Of a stretch of 64,000 nt of DNA, positions 1-12,811 are shown in pieces. Position 1 is the first letter of the stretch. Every line of letters starts with the position of its first letter. The position numbers were made by a program, and so were the translations under genes. Origin of the DNA: Styela clava (taxonomy: Eukaryota); NCBI RefSeq assembly GCF_964204865.1, contig NC_135260.1, forward strand, positions 3,844,001 through 3,908,000. Direction: 5' to 3'. The notes beneath the pieces were generated by a model that saw nothing but the letters and a program-made list of their open reading frames with translations, searched no databases and was not told where the DNA came from.

Positions 1-2471
1 AAGAAACGTTTATTCATAAGTTGAAATAGCGTGTGACAGAGTATGTGAAAATCAAAGACTCCATTTATCGAGGTCACAAGAGAACGTGAACTGGGTGCGA
101 CGTGAAGTTCCAATAATGCTAGGGATTGGTAACTTTCTTGTAATGTCTTTCTTCGACCAAAGTGCTTCATCTTCGACATCCAGAATAAAAGTAGTTCGGT
201 CATTTACGCTTAAAACCCGGCGGAGAAAAACTCCTTCGAAAGCATCAACTCTTGCGACGTAGTGAACAGTTCGAGATTTTCCACTAATCTTGACTATGAC
301 AAAATCGCCCTCGATAATATTTTGATCTTCCTCCTCTAAGTCATCAGTATCGTCGCACAATACATTCTCGTTAGATTCACTTTCACTCGAAGAAGTGCTA
401 CATCCGGATGGTGCTACCCTCACTCTAACTGTTTTCTTGTTTGCAAAGAGCATTTTTTTAGCCCGACCGAAGTTCCTTGATCTATTTTTTCTATCCTAGC
501 CACTGATTTCGCTGCTATTTCCTCTCTAACTGGCGTGTCTGTCAAAATTTTCGTGCTACCTTTTTTCCTATTGGAAGCTTTCACCTTCTTTGGCCCTGCT
601 TTCGGTAAAGGTAGTATATAACTTGGAGACACATAAGGAGTTTCCGCGTTGGTAGTCTGCACTGCTCTAGTCCAACCAGTATTGCTCTCAACGCCAGTTG
701 CTGATTGAATTGTGTTATCTTTTTGGTTCGTGGGAGTATCGGGATTTCTCTGTAAACCTGACACGCTTTCAACATTGTCTACTGCCGAGAAAACTGGATT
801 TTCGCGATCTGTAACTGAAGATGGCGCATAGTCTTCTGAGAATACGTCGCTGTTGAAAGGCATAATACCAGTGCTGTGGAAGCCAGCTAGGATATTACGC
901 GGTACAAATGCGCAGATGTGAGCTTCGTTCACCAAATGAGCTATATCGTATATAGACACAGTCTTACCCGGATTGGACCTCATCCAATTATCCATCGCGC
1001 GCGCGTAGGCTTTTTTGTATGTCCATAAACAGTCTTGTCTAAAGGCTGGAGTTTGTGGGACGTGTGTGGAGGGATGGTCAACACCACAACTCCGTTCGCC
1101 TTTGCCTTGTCAACAGCTGTCAGTGAAACGTGGGCCTCGTGATTGTCTAAGATGAGCAATACCTTTCTGTCGGGTGTACAGCGTGTATGCTTAATGAAGT
1201 GATCGAGATAGTTGACAAACGTTTCCTCGTTAATCCAACCCGCACCGTCAGATCCCAGTGGCGCACCTCGTATGAAATAATTACGATAATTGACACGGGG
1301 AAATACCATGTAGGGCGGAATAAATCCACCAGCAGCGTTGATCGCATTGACTACGGTTACCAGCTCACCTCTTTCACCTGATGTGACAGAACCAATCTGC
1401 TTAACCCCTTTTTCCGTAACAATGCTCTCAGGCTTTTGCACCGTATGGCACCCTGTTTCGTCGATGTTATATACGCCTTGTGCCTCGAATTTGTGTTGGT
1501 CCATTACTTTGGCAAGGTTTTTGTGGAACTGTCCCACTGTATGGCGATTAAACGCCGTTGCTCTGGCTAATGAAGTAGCTTCTGGACTTCGAAAGGTTAT
1601 TGCGTGCTTTCAATCCAAGCCAAAACCCTTGACCAGCTTTTTTGTTGATTTTCCAAATTTCTGGCACATCGACACTGTTTCTTTCTGCAAACTCATACGC
1701 CAAACATCGGCATTTATCTTTGGATAGGCCATGGTAGTTTGCTGCAAGTGTTTTGATGTGACTAGCTAGTTCAGCTTCCATTTCAGGTCTGAATATCATA
1801 TTCTTGAGCTTGCAATTCTTGTATCCGCTTGTACCAAGCGGGTCATGTTTTTGTTTATCCATGTATCGCTTAAGCGTCATTCGGTCCACATCAAATGTTC
1901 TCGCTGCCGATCTAATACTGCATCCCTCTTTTACTGCTTCTGCCACCCTTTCGACAATTGACGGATCACTTCCACGGGTTGATTTTCTTTTGTATGTTTG
2001 CGGCATCGTCTGATAAAGAAAAAATAGGATGAAAAATATATCCAATGCAGGAGCGTTGAGCCACGGCGAAACCCTCCTGGTGACCGCTGGATCAACCCTC
2101 CCATGATCGGCCATCTTCCTATTTGAGCTCCGCTACTGCCGAATGACTACTCGACGTGCGCTACAATAGTCTCCATTAGAGCATCACAACATGGACTACA
2201 CAATGACTTAATGTGACTAAACCACGACCTGTAATATTATTAATAGTAAACATATTACCTGAGACCATGAAATTCACTTTTTGCTGCGATTCCAGCTTTT
2301 TCATTACCTGTTTTCCACCAGAGCTACAGAACGTCTGCTTCTCACAGCCAAATATAAAGTAATGACACAACCTACCAACAGAGGGCGCGCGAGCATTCTA
2401 TTACTAATGCAAGTTGCTAATTTTGGGGGTGGAACAAGTCTCCTCGTGGCTCAAGTCACCCGCATCTCCCC
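1..2471 (-). mobile_element. pogo/Fot1-like (Tc1-mariner superfamily, DDE_1) DNA transposon, other end outside window
   Basis: Minus-strand transposase fragments. The terminus reads TA|GGGGAGATGCGGGTGACTTGAGCCAC on the minus strand (TA at 2472-2473 is the likely TSD). It interrupts the ORF of a second transposon. Confidence 0.8.
52..2006 (-). pseudogene. Frameshifted pogo/Tigger-like transposase (psq-type HTH, CENP-B-like region, DDE_1 domain)
   Basis: Consecutive ORFs: MPQTYKRK..SIRSAARTFDVDRMTL (HTH), VYNIDETG, LLILDNHEAH, IPPHTSHKLQPLD. At least three frame breaks. The likely ATG at 2006 follows a polypyrimidine-CAG acceptor. Confidence 0.85.
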
Positions 2472-2473
2472 TA

Positions 2474-4371
2474 CCCCATAACAGATTTGATTCAGAAAAA
2501 GTGGAAAAGGTAATAGAACATATTTGTATATATAAAACAGTTCAAAGTCACTATGTCCGAAAGGAGTCTAAATATCAATATTTGCCTCCAACATTAGATG
2601 TGGCTACTATTCACCGAATGTACATACGATTCTGTGCAGAAAATAACATTGAGAATCCTTTGAAATACGGAACTTACTTATACATTTTTAATGAAAATTT
2701 TAATATAAAATTTCATCAACCCAAAAAGGATCGATGTGACGTATGTGATGCATGGAACAATACAAAAGAGTCATTGAGAACTACAGAAATATTAAAATCA
2801 AAGGCAGAGCATGATCATGAAAAGAACTTGAGCAGGGTGTTCAAAGCACAAATAAAATTAATAGCACAAGACAATAGGCATATTCAAGCATCAGCATTTG
2901 ACTTTCAAAAAACCTTCCTGGCACCTGCAGGAGAGAGTTTCTCATTTTATTATAGCATGGGACTGCGAAACTACAAATTCACAGTTTTGGCGGCTTTTAA
3001 AAAAGTTCATTGTTACTTGTGGAATGAGGAAGAAGCAAAAAAGGGCTCAAATGAGGTGGCGTCTGCACTGTTGCTCTACTGGAAATTTTTACAAAAAAGG
3101 GGCGTGAAGAGTGTGTACCTTTTTTGTGACAGATGCGCAGGACAAAATTGCAACCGCATGGTATACAATATGCTATCCCTTGCCCTTAATTGGTTTGGAT
3201 TTTCAGATATAAAGTTAAGCTTTTTTGTTACAGGGCATAGCCAAAACGAGAATGACTGTGCACATTCTCTTATTGAAAAAGATTCAAAACGGCTGCACAC
3301 CTTTACCACTGATCAGTGGGAATCTGACAACATACGAGCATTTACTAAAGGGAATAAACATAGAAACATAACTATGGCTAGAATGTCTCATAGTGAAATC
3401 CTGGATTTCAAATTTCAAAACTCACCATGTTTCAAGACGTTTACAAATCAAACCTAAAAGTGAATGGCTCAAAGATCAAATGGTTGAAGATCATGCAGGC
3501 CAAGTATTCTGGTGGAAAACCTGATAAGTTTTTCTTCAAGTACTTATATGCAGAAGAAGAATATCAGGAAGTTTCATTCATAAAAAAGTCGAAGAATTTC
3601 AGGAACCCTGGACATGTTACCCAGGATGAATGAAAAGAGGAGAAGCTACAAAAAAAATGGGAATTACAATGGAAAAATATGATGCCTTAATGAAGCTGTG
3701 TAAAAAAAATCTCATTTCACCGCAATATCATACGTATCATATGACAGTCTCACCATTCGAAATGATGAAACAGATGAATCAGATAGTGATGATGAATCTT
3801 CCTCTATTTAGATCGATTCACCAGTTTCAAAGACACAGGGTTTCAAACCCTTTGAAATGTTTTTTGATTTTTCATATTCAGTTTCTTTTTTGTTCCTTTT
3901 TTGAAAACTTCACATTCACAATTTGTAGTTCGTTAGTTGTTCTGTTGTTTTGATTCAATACACAAGTCAAAAACAACAACAAGGCTGCTGTGAAACTTGG
4001 GCAAACTGGCATTAGTAAGCAGAGATATGTTAGGCCAACTAGACCTAAGTCACAATCATAGGAATTTGCGTAGTGCATCTTGGGCCTAAGAACCAATGGG
4101 TGACAGAAAGGGCCTAAGTCCGTCAATTATCACTGAGACCAGAATAGGCCAAATTCCTCTAGGGGGGTAAAAAATGGAAACGAATCGAAGTTGAAGTGCC
4201 AAAAGATGTTGAATAAAAAGCTATTATCAGGGACATTATCCTAGCCAAAGCTCAGATCTTCACTAGATATACATAACTAGATATTCAAGTATGATAAAAT
4301 TCAAAATTGTTTTTTGCGATTTTCTCAAAACTCAAAAATGTGACTTAGCCCCGTTCTGTTCTCATCCGGCG
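2474..4371 (+). mobile_element. Sola1-like DNA transposon (3' part), degenerate transposase
   Basis: ORF motifs QSHYVR, FHQPKKDRCDVC, AFDFQK, YLWNEEEAKKGSNEVAS, CDRCAGQN, GHSQNENDCAHSLIE. Frameshifts near 3430-3630. Subterminal (G)CCTAAGTC-type repeats. Terminus ..CTCATCCGGCG is followed by ATAT, an AWWT-type target. Confidence 0.7.
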
Positions 4372-4389
4372 ATATATATATATATACTT

Positions 4390-5160
4390 GTATATATATT
4401 ATGAACATTAAATTTACAGATTGAAGGATTTTTCTTCATCCTTTGTTTTCTGTAATCCAGCATCTGTATTTTTTTTGTTTGAACCTATATATTTATAATC
4501 AATATTTCAAATTTTTAATCATAAATCATTGTTCATGTCCAAAATGCGCAGAATTGAAAAACTAGATTTTTTGCATTGCTATTCAAAGCATCTACAGTTG
4601 TTGTTTGATTATGCAATTTTAAACATAACAATGTTTCAAAGTGTGTGTACTATCTAATAAATACGCAATTATTAATTTCTTAGTGATATAGATTAAACTG
4701 TAGCTAGGTTGCCAGTAAGTAGTCTGTACACAAAGACAGGACTTGTATGACAGTCTTGTGTGTATTGAAGAAGAGTTGACAGTGACCTAAACTCGAGTGT
4801 GTTTGAAACGATCGCTCGAAACCCGGATTCTGGATATGTAAGGATTGAATATGGTGCACCTGGACAACCCACTTACAAGTTAGATACATACGACCAGCAA
4901 TGAACTTCTTCAGCAGGTGTGAGGCCAAAGACGGTACACAAAAAACTTTTGTATGAACTTGGAAGCGTTGAAGTTATTCTTCACATCTTGCACATCCTCG
5001 ACACCGAATGACCTGACTTGCAAATGGTCAATATATGATGGCACCTGCCAATGAATCTCAAGATTTACCCATGAATGCCTGTAGCGCAACGAGCGTTTGT
5101 TGTTTTCACAGGAAATCATTTCCTCTACCACTGACAGGAGAGCCACCCTTTTCAACAATG
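4390..5160 (+). repeat. Kelch 3'-flank / companion module, orphan copy
   Basis: Reverse-complement similarity to 25080-25840 and direct similarity to 62780-63200 (ggttgccagtaa..aaagacaggact..gtattgaagaagagttgac..aaatggtcaatatatgatg). Confidence 0.8.
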
Positions 5161-6399
5161 CGCTACAATCACTGTTGGTGTTTCCTATTAACAGTTTGGG
5201 AATTAAACCTATAAAATTTGTTTGCGATATGGCAAAGTTCTCAGTGTTTTAGTTTTCTTGTCATACCGTGCATCAAATGTATAAGATAATGAGTATTTTC
5301 ATCCTTCCTTCCATACCACAGTTAGTGGTCTGGGAAAACTAATAGTTTTTTAAAGCAGCCGAACTGTCTACTTCGGGTTGGCAATAATTTGGACTCAGAC
5401 TTCAATTTTAGAAAAAAAACTTGGGAAAATCTTCTTCAATAAACGGCTAAAAATACTTAGCCATGGTACACTACGGGTTTCAGTCAGAAATTTGGATCCC
5501 TCTTGGTTTTGAAATACGACTTCACAGTCACACATATAAAGAATATTAGTTTATTCAAACACATCCTATTATTTCAATTCACTCATAGTATCACTGCTAT
5601 TACTGCTTGTTCTTTGCCTTCTATTATTTACTTTTATTGCAATCATCTCATCCTTCTGTGTTGTATTTACGTTGACAAGTTCCATGCTCTATGCTTTGCA
5701 ATTTTATTCCTCTCGTGTAGTTATATATGAAGAATGTCCCTTATGTTAATGTGAAATTGGTTTAATTTGAAATGTATTCTAATACTGCTATTCAATTTAT
5801 TTTATATATCACATATTAAGTATCTATGTTCTTTATTTTTGCATTTAGTTTATTCCATAAAAAGTTGATAAATCTGTTATACATATTCTACCAAGGTCAA
5901 AGATCATGTGTATATGCTCTGTTACTCATACTTTTTGGAACTCAAAAGTTCATGATAATATTTTCGACTTCAATTACAGTATTTTCGTATACCGTAACAG
6001 GCTTGTCTTATTTGCCGAGTAGATTTATTCTCCGGAAAATACGGTATTTCTTGACCATATTTCAATATTGTGTTTGCAATTTCAATTAATTAGATTTTAA
6101 AACCATGGGTGTCTCTGCTTCATAACCGACTTCCCATCCGTGGTAAAATTATTTGTTCATTTATTTGTTCAACATTTTTGCGCAATTTTGTATTCATATC
6201 GCATTTTATTTTACTGGCAGGAATAAGGAAACTTGACAATGACATCATACATCCCGGGGGAGAGGAAGGAATTACTCGCATGTACTAGATTGAACTAAAT
6301 TTAAAAACTTGCCGCACACCATTCAAAATGGGCACTTCTCCGATGGCCGCACAATTTTTTCCTGGGCCGCAGTTTGCACACCTTTTCCGTATGTGAAAA

Positions 6400-7800
6400 A
6401 AAAACTAGCACGAGAAAATTTGTCGACGTGTACGACTGAATTGAAATCTCTAATTTGTCAAAATCGCTATCAGAAAGAATAAGTTATTTTTACACAACGC
6501 TTAATCGCGTCTTTCACTCCGAACAAGACCCTGTACAAGCAGCCACTGATATCTATCATTTCAATTGTTTTAGGCGACATTTTATATATCAGATAGATTA
6601 GATAAATAGTTCATTTTTAAATCCGTCATGATAAAAAACAACGACGCACATAGGATTGAAATTCACGGAAATTGAGTAAAACTTTGATTAGATTTAAAAA
6701 CACCAGACATATAAGTACTTCATGCGAAATTTCACCTTGTGATATTTAATATATACAAAATCACGATTAGATACTCAAGAATCGGGTTTAAAGTTTGTGA
6801 TCATTGCGATAGTATGCAGATATAAATGAAAAAAAATACGATGATATATAAACTCACTAATCGGGCTTTGAGCTTGTGAGCACTGCTAAATTATACGCCT
6901 GTGTGATGCACGCATGAGCAGGATTTAGGTACTGGAGTACCTAAAAGGTGCTCCAGAAGTATGTGCACCATTATGTCGCACAACCCGAACCCTAACCGGT
7001 ACACACATACTATGTTCAGGTTGTGAGCATACTCCTGGAGCTCCCATATATTAACCCTGTTTGACTATTTTAGCCCAATTACAGCGAAATTAAATTTACA
7101 ACTGATTTGTCACAAAAATGACCAATTAAAGAATCAAGACAACAAAAATTTGGTGACATTTTGTAAAAACAGTATAATATGAAAATCAAGTCTTTCCGTG
7201 TTACGAGTCGCCATTGAAGTCGGTAATTGTAAAATTATTCAAATTACGCAACATTATGTAACGTTCACTGCCCCGCAATCAAGTAACAATGAGTTTCCAT
7301 TTAAATTATAAAGGTGTTGTTTATTCATACCACAGCCCCCTACACACCCCTGCGTTGTAGCATCTTTAGTACTTTTCCATTATGTTCACCTTTGTTCCAG
7401 GCTTACAAAGTAAATGAATCTTTTTTGTAATTTGAGGTTCTTTATGTTCCGACGTTTTGTTGATGAGAATAGTCGCCGTTTTGACAGACGAAAGATTGAG
7501 GTTTTTATATCTATAGCAATGGGCTCATTTTGTCCAGATCGGAAGTTCGTCATTCTGAATCACAATATATTATTCAGTTTAATATTCCATACACAGGCTT
7601 GTGTCGTTGTACCTGGGACCTTATGAACAGTTTAAAATTTAGAAAATTAAGATCAGGGTTATGAATATTTATTTGTTGGTTAATATTTTAGAATTCTTGT
7701 TTGAAATTTGTTTAGTTGTTTGTTTTCTGAATTGATATGTTGAATTATACTTTGGCTAGCTCTATTTCGTGATTATGATGGTGCAGTGACGTAACTTTTG
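6400..7800 (+). repeat. Duplicated far-upstream non-coding block of kelch genes
   Basis: Clear similarity to 17560-18740 (same strand) and ~38640-39710 (reverse), e.g. gatatttaatatatacaaaatcacga..atactcaagaatcggg and cctgtttgactattttagcccaatt. Confidence 0.8.
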
Positions 7801-8301
7801 AATGACGTAGTCAGGTAGGGGTCATTAATGACTTATTTATTGCAAGAAGACCAGATACAAGTACCTGGGTAAAGCCGCGGGCCACAATTTTATTTAAGAT
7901 AGATATAGGGGAGTCCATGCCTAGAGGGTGAGTTGAAACGCATAAATTTCTAAAGAAAACCACTATTCAAATTTATTTTCACACCGACTACGAATTCAGT
8001 GAGAAACACGTTTTTATAACATTGTGTATTTTGCAACATATTATTGCTAGCTGTTTTTGCTAATATGACAGTGGTACTTGGTGGCAACGCAAGAAGATTG
8101 GAATTGCTCGCACATACCAGATTAACTAAACTAAAAACCCGCGTGCACGCTATTCAAAATTGGCCCTTTTCCGCTGGCAGCACAATTTTTCCTTATGAGC
8201 CGCATTTGGTCCGCAGTTTACACACCTTTGGACTAAACAGTCGGTAGGAGCGATGGGTATGCTCCATTAATTACTGTAGATTTGACATTTTAAGTCTAAA
8301 T

Positions 8302-8610
8302 CAGGACTACTCAACTGGCGGACCGAGGTCCAAATCCGGACCTTTCGAGTATTTGATTCGGACCGCACCTGCTTTATTTTGGATCATCAGCCCTACTCTT
8401 GTAGTTTCCTTCTATAAAATGACTTTTATAGTTACGAATATATATATGTAAAGAACTATAACATCATAATAAACAATCCTGATTTGCTAATATTCATTAG
8501 CCGGTCGGGGTAGTGCGCCTTTAAGGATGCCGAAATATAATTTCTGTAAAGACCGGACCTAAATAACTTTGAAGTTTTGGATCTTCGGTGAAAATAGTTG
8601 AGTAGTCCTG
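8302..8610. mobile_element. hAT-type MITE
   Basis: Perfect 15-bp TIR caggactactcaact / agttgagtagtcctg; 8-bp flanks gtctaaat / gcctaagt (6/8 match). Confidence 0.8.
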
Positions 8611-9014
8611 GCCTAAGTCTTATTGGGTTTCTCAATGCAGAGCTTTAATTGGGCGAAAGGCTTGTTTGTGACTGTGACTATTCAATCCGTTCTTGCCTTT
8701 CCTTTGAATTAGTATAAATATTTGCATCCCAAATATTATGTCATCTCTGCATCTTTACATTTTGTTGGAACAAATATGAAATCTTCTGTCCCCTTCTCGC
8801 CCCTTTTATCCTAATTACCCAACGCTTGCGCACCTTTCTGAGTTGTGATATATATTTAATACAAATTAAATAATTAAAATATTCTTATGAAGTGAAATTG
8901 ATGCTATGTTTTAGGTTAGGATAGACGTATAATTTAGGGCTTGCTGGAATAATTATAAAATATTTGGTGTCTCAAAGATGTTTTTCCCATTGATATATGT
9001 CTCACACTCATTCG

Positions 9015-9480
9015 CAGACTTGTCCATGCGACATATTTTACGTCCCATTCCCATCCCATAGCAATTATGCCTGTCTCATCCTATCCCATGGGATTCCCAT
9101 TAAAATAAAATTCAATAAAATTTGTTAAATTTAGGTTTAGCGTCTAATAAATAGGACTTTCTGTACAAAGAGACATGCAGAACAACAAAATTTACGGACT
9201 TTGTTAACTATTTATTCATAACTATAATACATGTGTTCATCAGCCCTTTCACGAAGTATATTGTTGATGCTGAATATATTTTGTTCTTTATAACTAACAA
9301 TAGAGCTATTATCAAATATATGGACACAAAGTCCATAACGAAATGTTTTACAATCATTTCAACGAAAATCATACGTTTTTCGTGTCCTACGTGTCCCATG
9401 GTAAATACAAATGTGTGCTGTACTGCTGTCCCTTCCCATCCCATGAGACGTTTGCCAAGGGATTCCCGTGGACAAGCCTG
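9015..9480. mobile_element. hAT-like MITE with subterminal CCCAT repeats
   Basis: Imperfect TIR cagacttgtccatg / cgtggacaagcctg; cccatcccat motifs near both ends; TSD not clear. Confidence 0.6.
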
Positions 9481-9534
9481 CTTATGTTCGTTTTACTGCG
9501 CATGCATATTTTAGGACTGAGCAGAGTCTTAAAT

Positions 9535-9874
9535 CAGGGGTGTGCAACCTTCAATACAGTTGGGATATAAATATATAGATATAAATATACAGATATAAAT
9601 AACAGAGTGAAACCGCGGGCCACACCATTATTAAACATAGGCTTACTATTGGTTTCAGGCAAAAATTTTTGGTTTATTGATCTTATGGATGAGGGTGTTC
9701 CTTTTCCACAAGCTCCGTCATAGAACTCAGGCTTAGGCTTTGCAACGCAAAGGGATTGGTATTACTCACACGTACTACTAGATTAAACTAAATTAAAAAC
9801 TAGTTTCGCGGGAAACTCACTATTAAAAATTGGCAATTGTCCGCGGTTTGCATTCTGCAGGTTGCACACCCCTA
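9535..9874. mobile_element. hAT-type MITE
   Basis: TIR caggggtgtgcaacct / aggttgcacaccccta; perfect 8-bp TSD tcttaaat. Related fragments near 6290-6385, 8100-8230, 44240-44556 and 59273-59345. Confidence 0.85.
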
Positions 9875-10447
9875 TCTTAAATGATTGACATACTACGTGA
9901 AATATTACAATAATTAATAGAGTGCGCTGGAATTGTGGGCTCGGCTAAAACTAGCCCTTCCAAATGATTTTTGAGCATTCAATACACCTGGTATGTGACA
10001 TCACAATGGACAGTGGCAAGCAAACTACCTATGAAGCGTGGAATGAGCATTCTAGCTAGACAATAGAAAATATGAGTCAGAACCGCGATTTGAAAGCGTA
10101 ATGTTGCAAGGGCGCAAGAATGAAAATTCAACTGCACAAAAGGTCTGGTGCCACCCATACTTTTGCTCAGAGATGAGTATTCTTTACTCCTGATTGAATG
10201 CACATAATGCACCGCCATAATTTAAAATAGTTTCAGTAGCTCTTGGCATTTCAGTTGTTGTCTGTGGCGTAACTTATAGGCGAGTTTCCATCACCATTGA
10301 CTAGTGCGTATAATGCACTACCAACATTTTGAATACCCCCAAAAGCATTTGACATTTAGGTGGTTTCCAGCCGGTAACTTCGCTCAGATATGAGTCCCAT
10401 TCTTTACTGAGCGAGTGCGCACACTGTACTACAATAAATCTATAGTC

Positions 10448-12026
<1,579 letters not shown>

Positions 12027-12811
12027 CTATAGTGTTTCTGCACCCCATTGGCATTTCAGTGGTCGCTATATTGCTCAGAGATGAGTCTCGTTCAGTACTG
12101 AGTGAGTTCGCATACTACACTACCATAATTATAGTTTTCGTAGCTCTTGACAATTCAGTGGTAACTTTGATCTAAGATGGGACTCTTTTACTTCTGAGTG
12201 AGAGCTTGTAATGTGCTGCCTTAGTTGTAAATAGTATCTTCAGCTATTGAAATTTCACTCAATAATGAGCCCTTTTTACTTATTTGTGAGGGCCCATATT
12301 TCACCACCATAATTCTAAATAGAATCAGTTTCTCTTGGAATTTCAGTGATTGTTCGTAACATTGCGCAGAGATGAGTCCATTCTCTTACTGAGTGAGTGG
12401 ATGATGTACTACTAAACATTGGTATGGCTGACAGGAAAGCCAAGTTTGTCCAATATTGAATAGTCAGCTCTGTCTCTCGCTAATCAGAAAGACACATTGC
12501 AATATGTGTTGTTTATAAGAAAGACTATAACTTGAGAAAGTAGATATTAATCAAGTAGATAGAAAATTTCAATCTTATGTCGCAGGAATGTTTGAAAATC
12601 GCTGCACTAGGACATCTATATTACAAATTTGGATTTGACGTTTTTGTAACCTTGAATGATGTTTCAATCTCTCCTCTATATTGTGTTGCAAAATTGAAAT
12701 TCTCCAGTACTTCCAATATTTACCTAATATTTACAGAATCTAGTTAGATAAGAATCTTGCTGTCATCCACACTTATTATTGAAGTTTTGTCTTTTGTAAA
12801 TCTGTTCCAAA

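Noticed and set aside
2414-2473. N-terminus of the 347-aa ORF
   Set aside because: Read-through of pogo terminal DNA, not a true start.
5503-9570. Short hydrophobic ORFs in AT-rich intergenic DNA
   Set aside because: Typical chance ORFs of AT-rich or MITE sequence; not conserved in the duplicated blocks.
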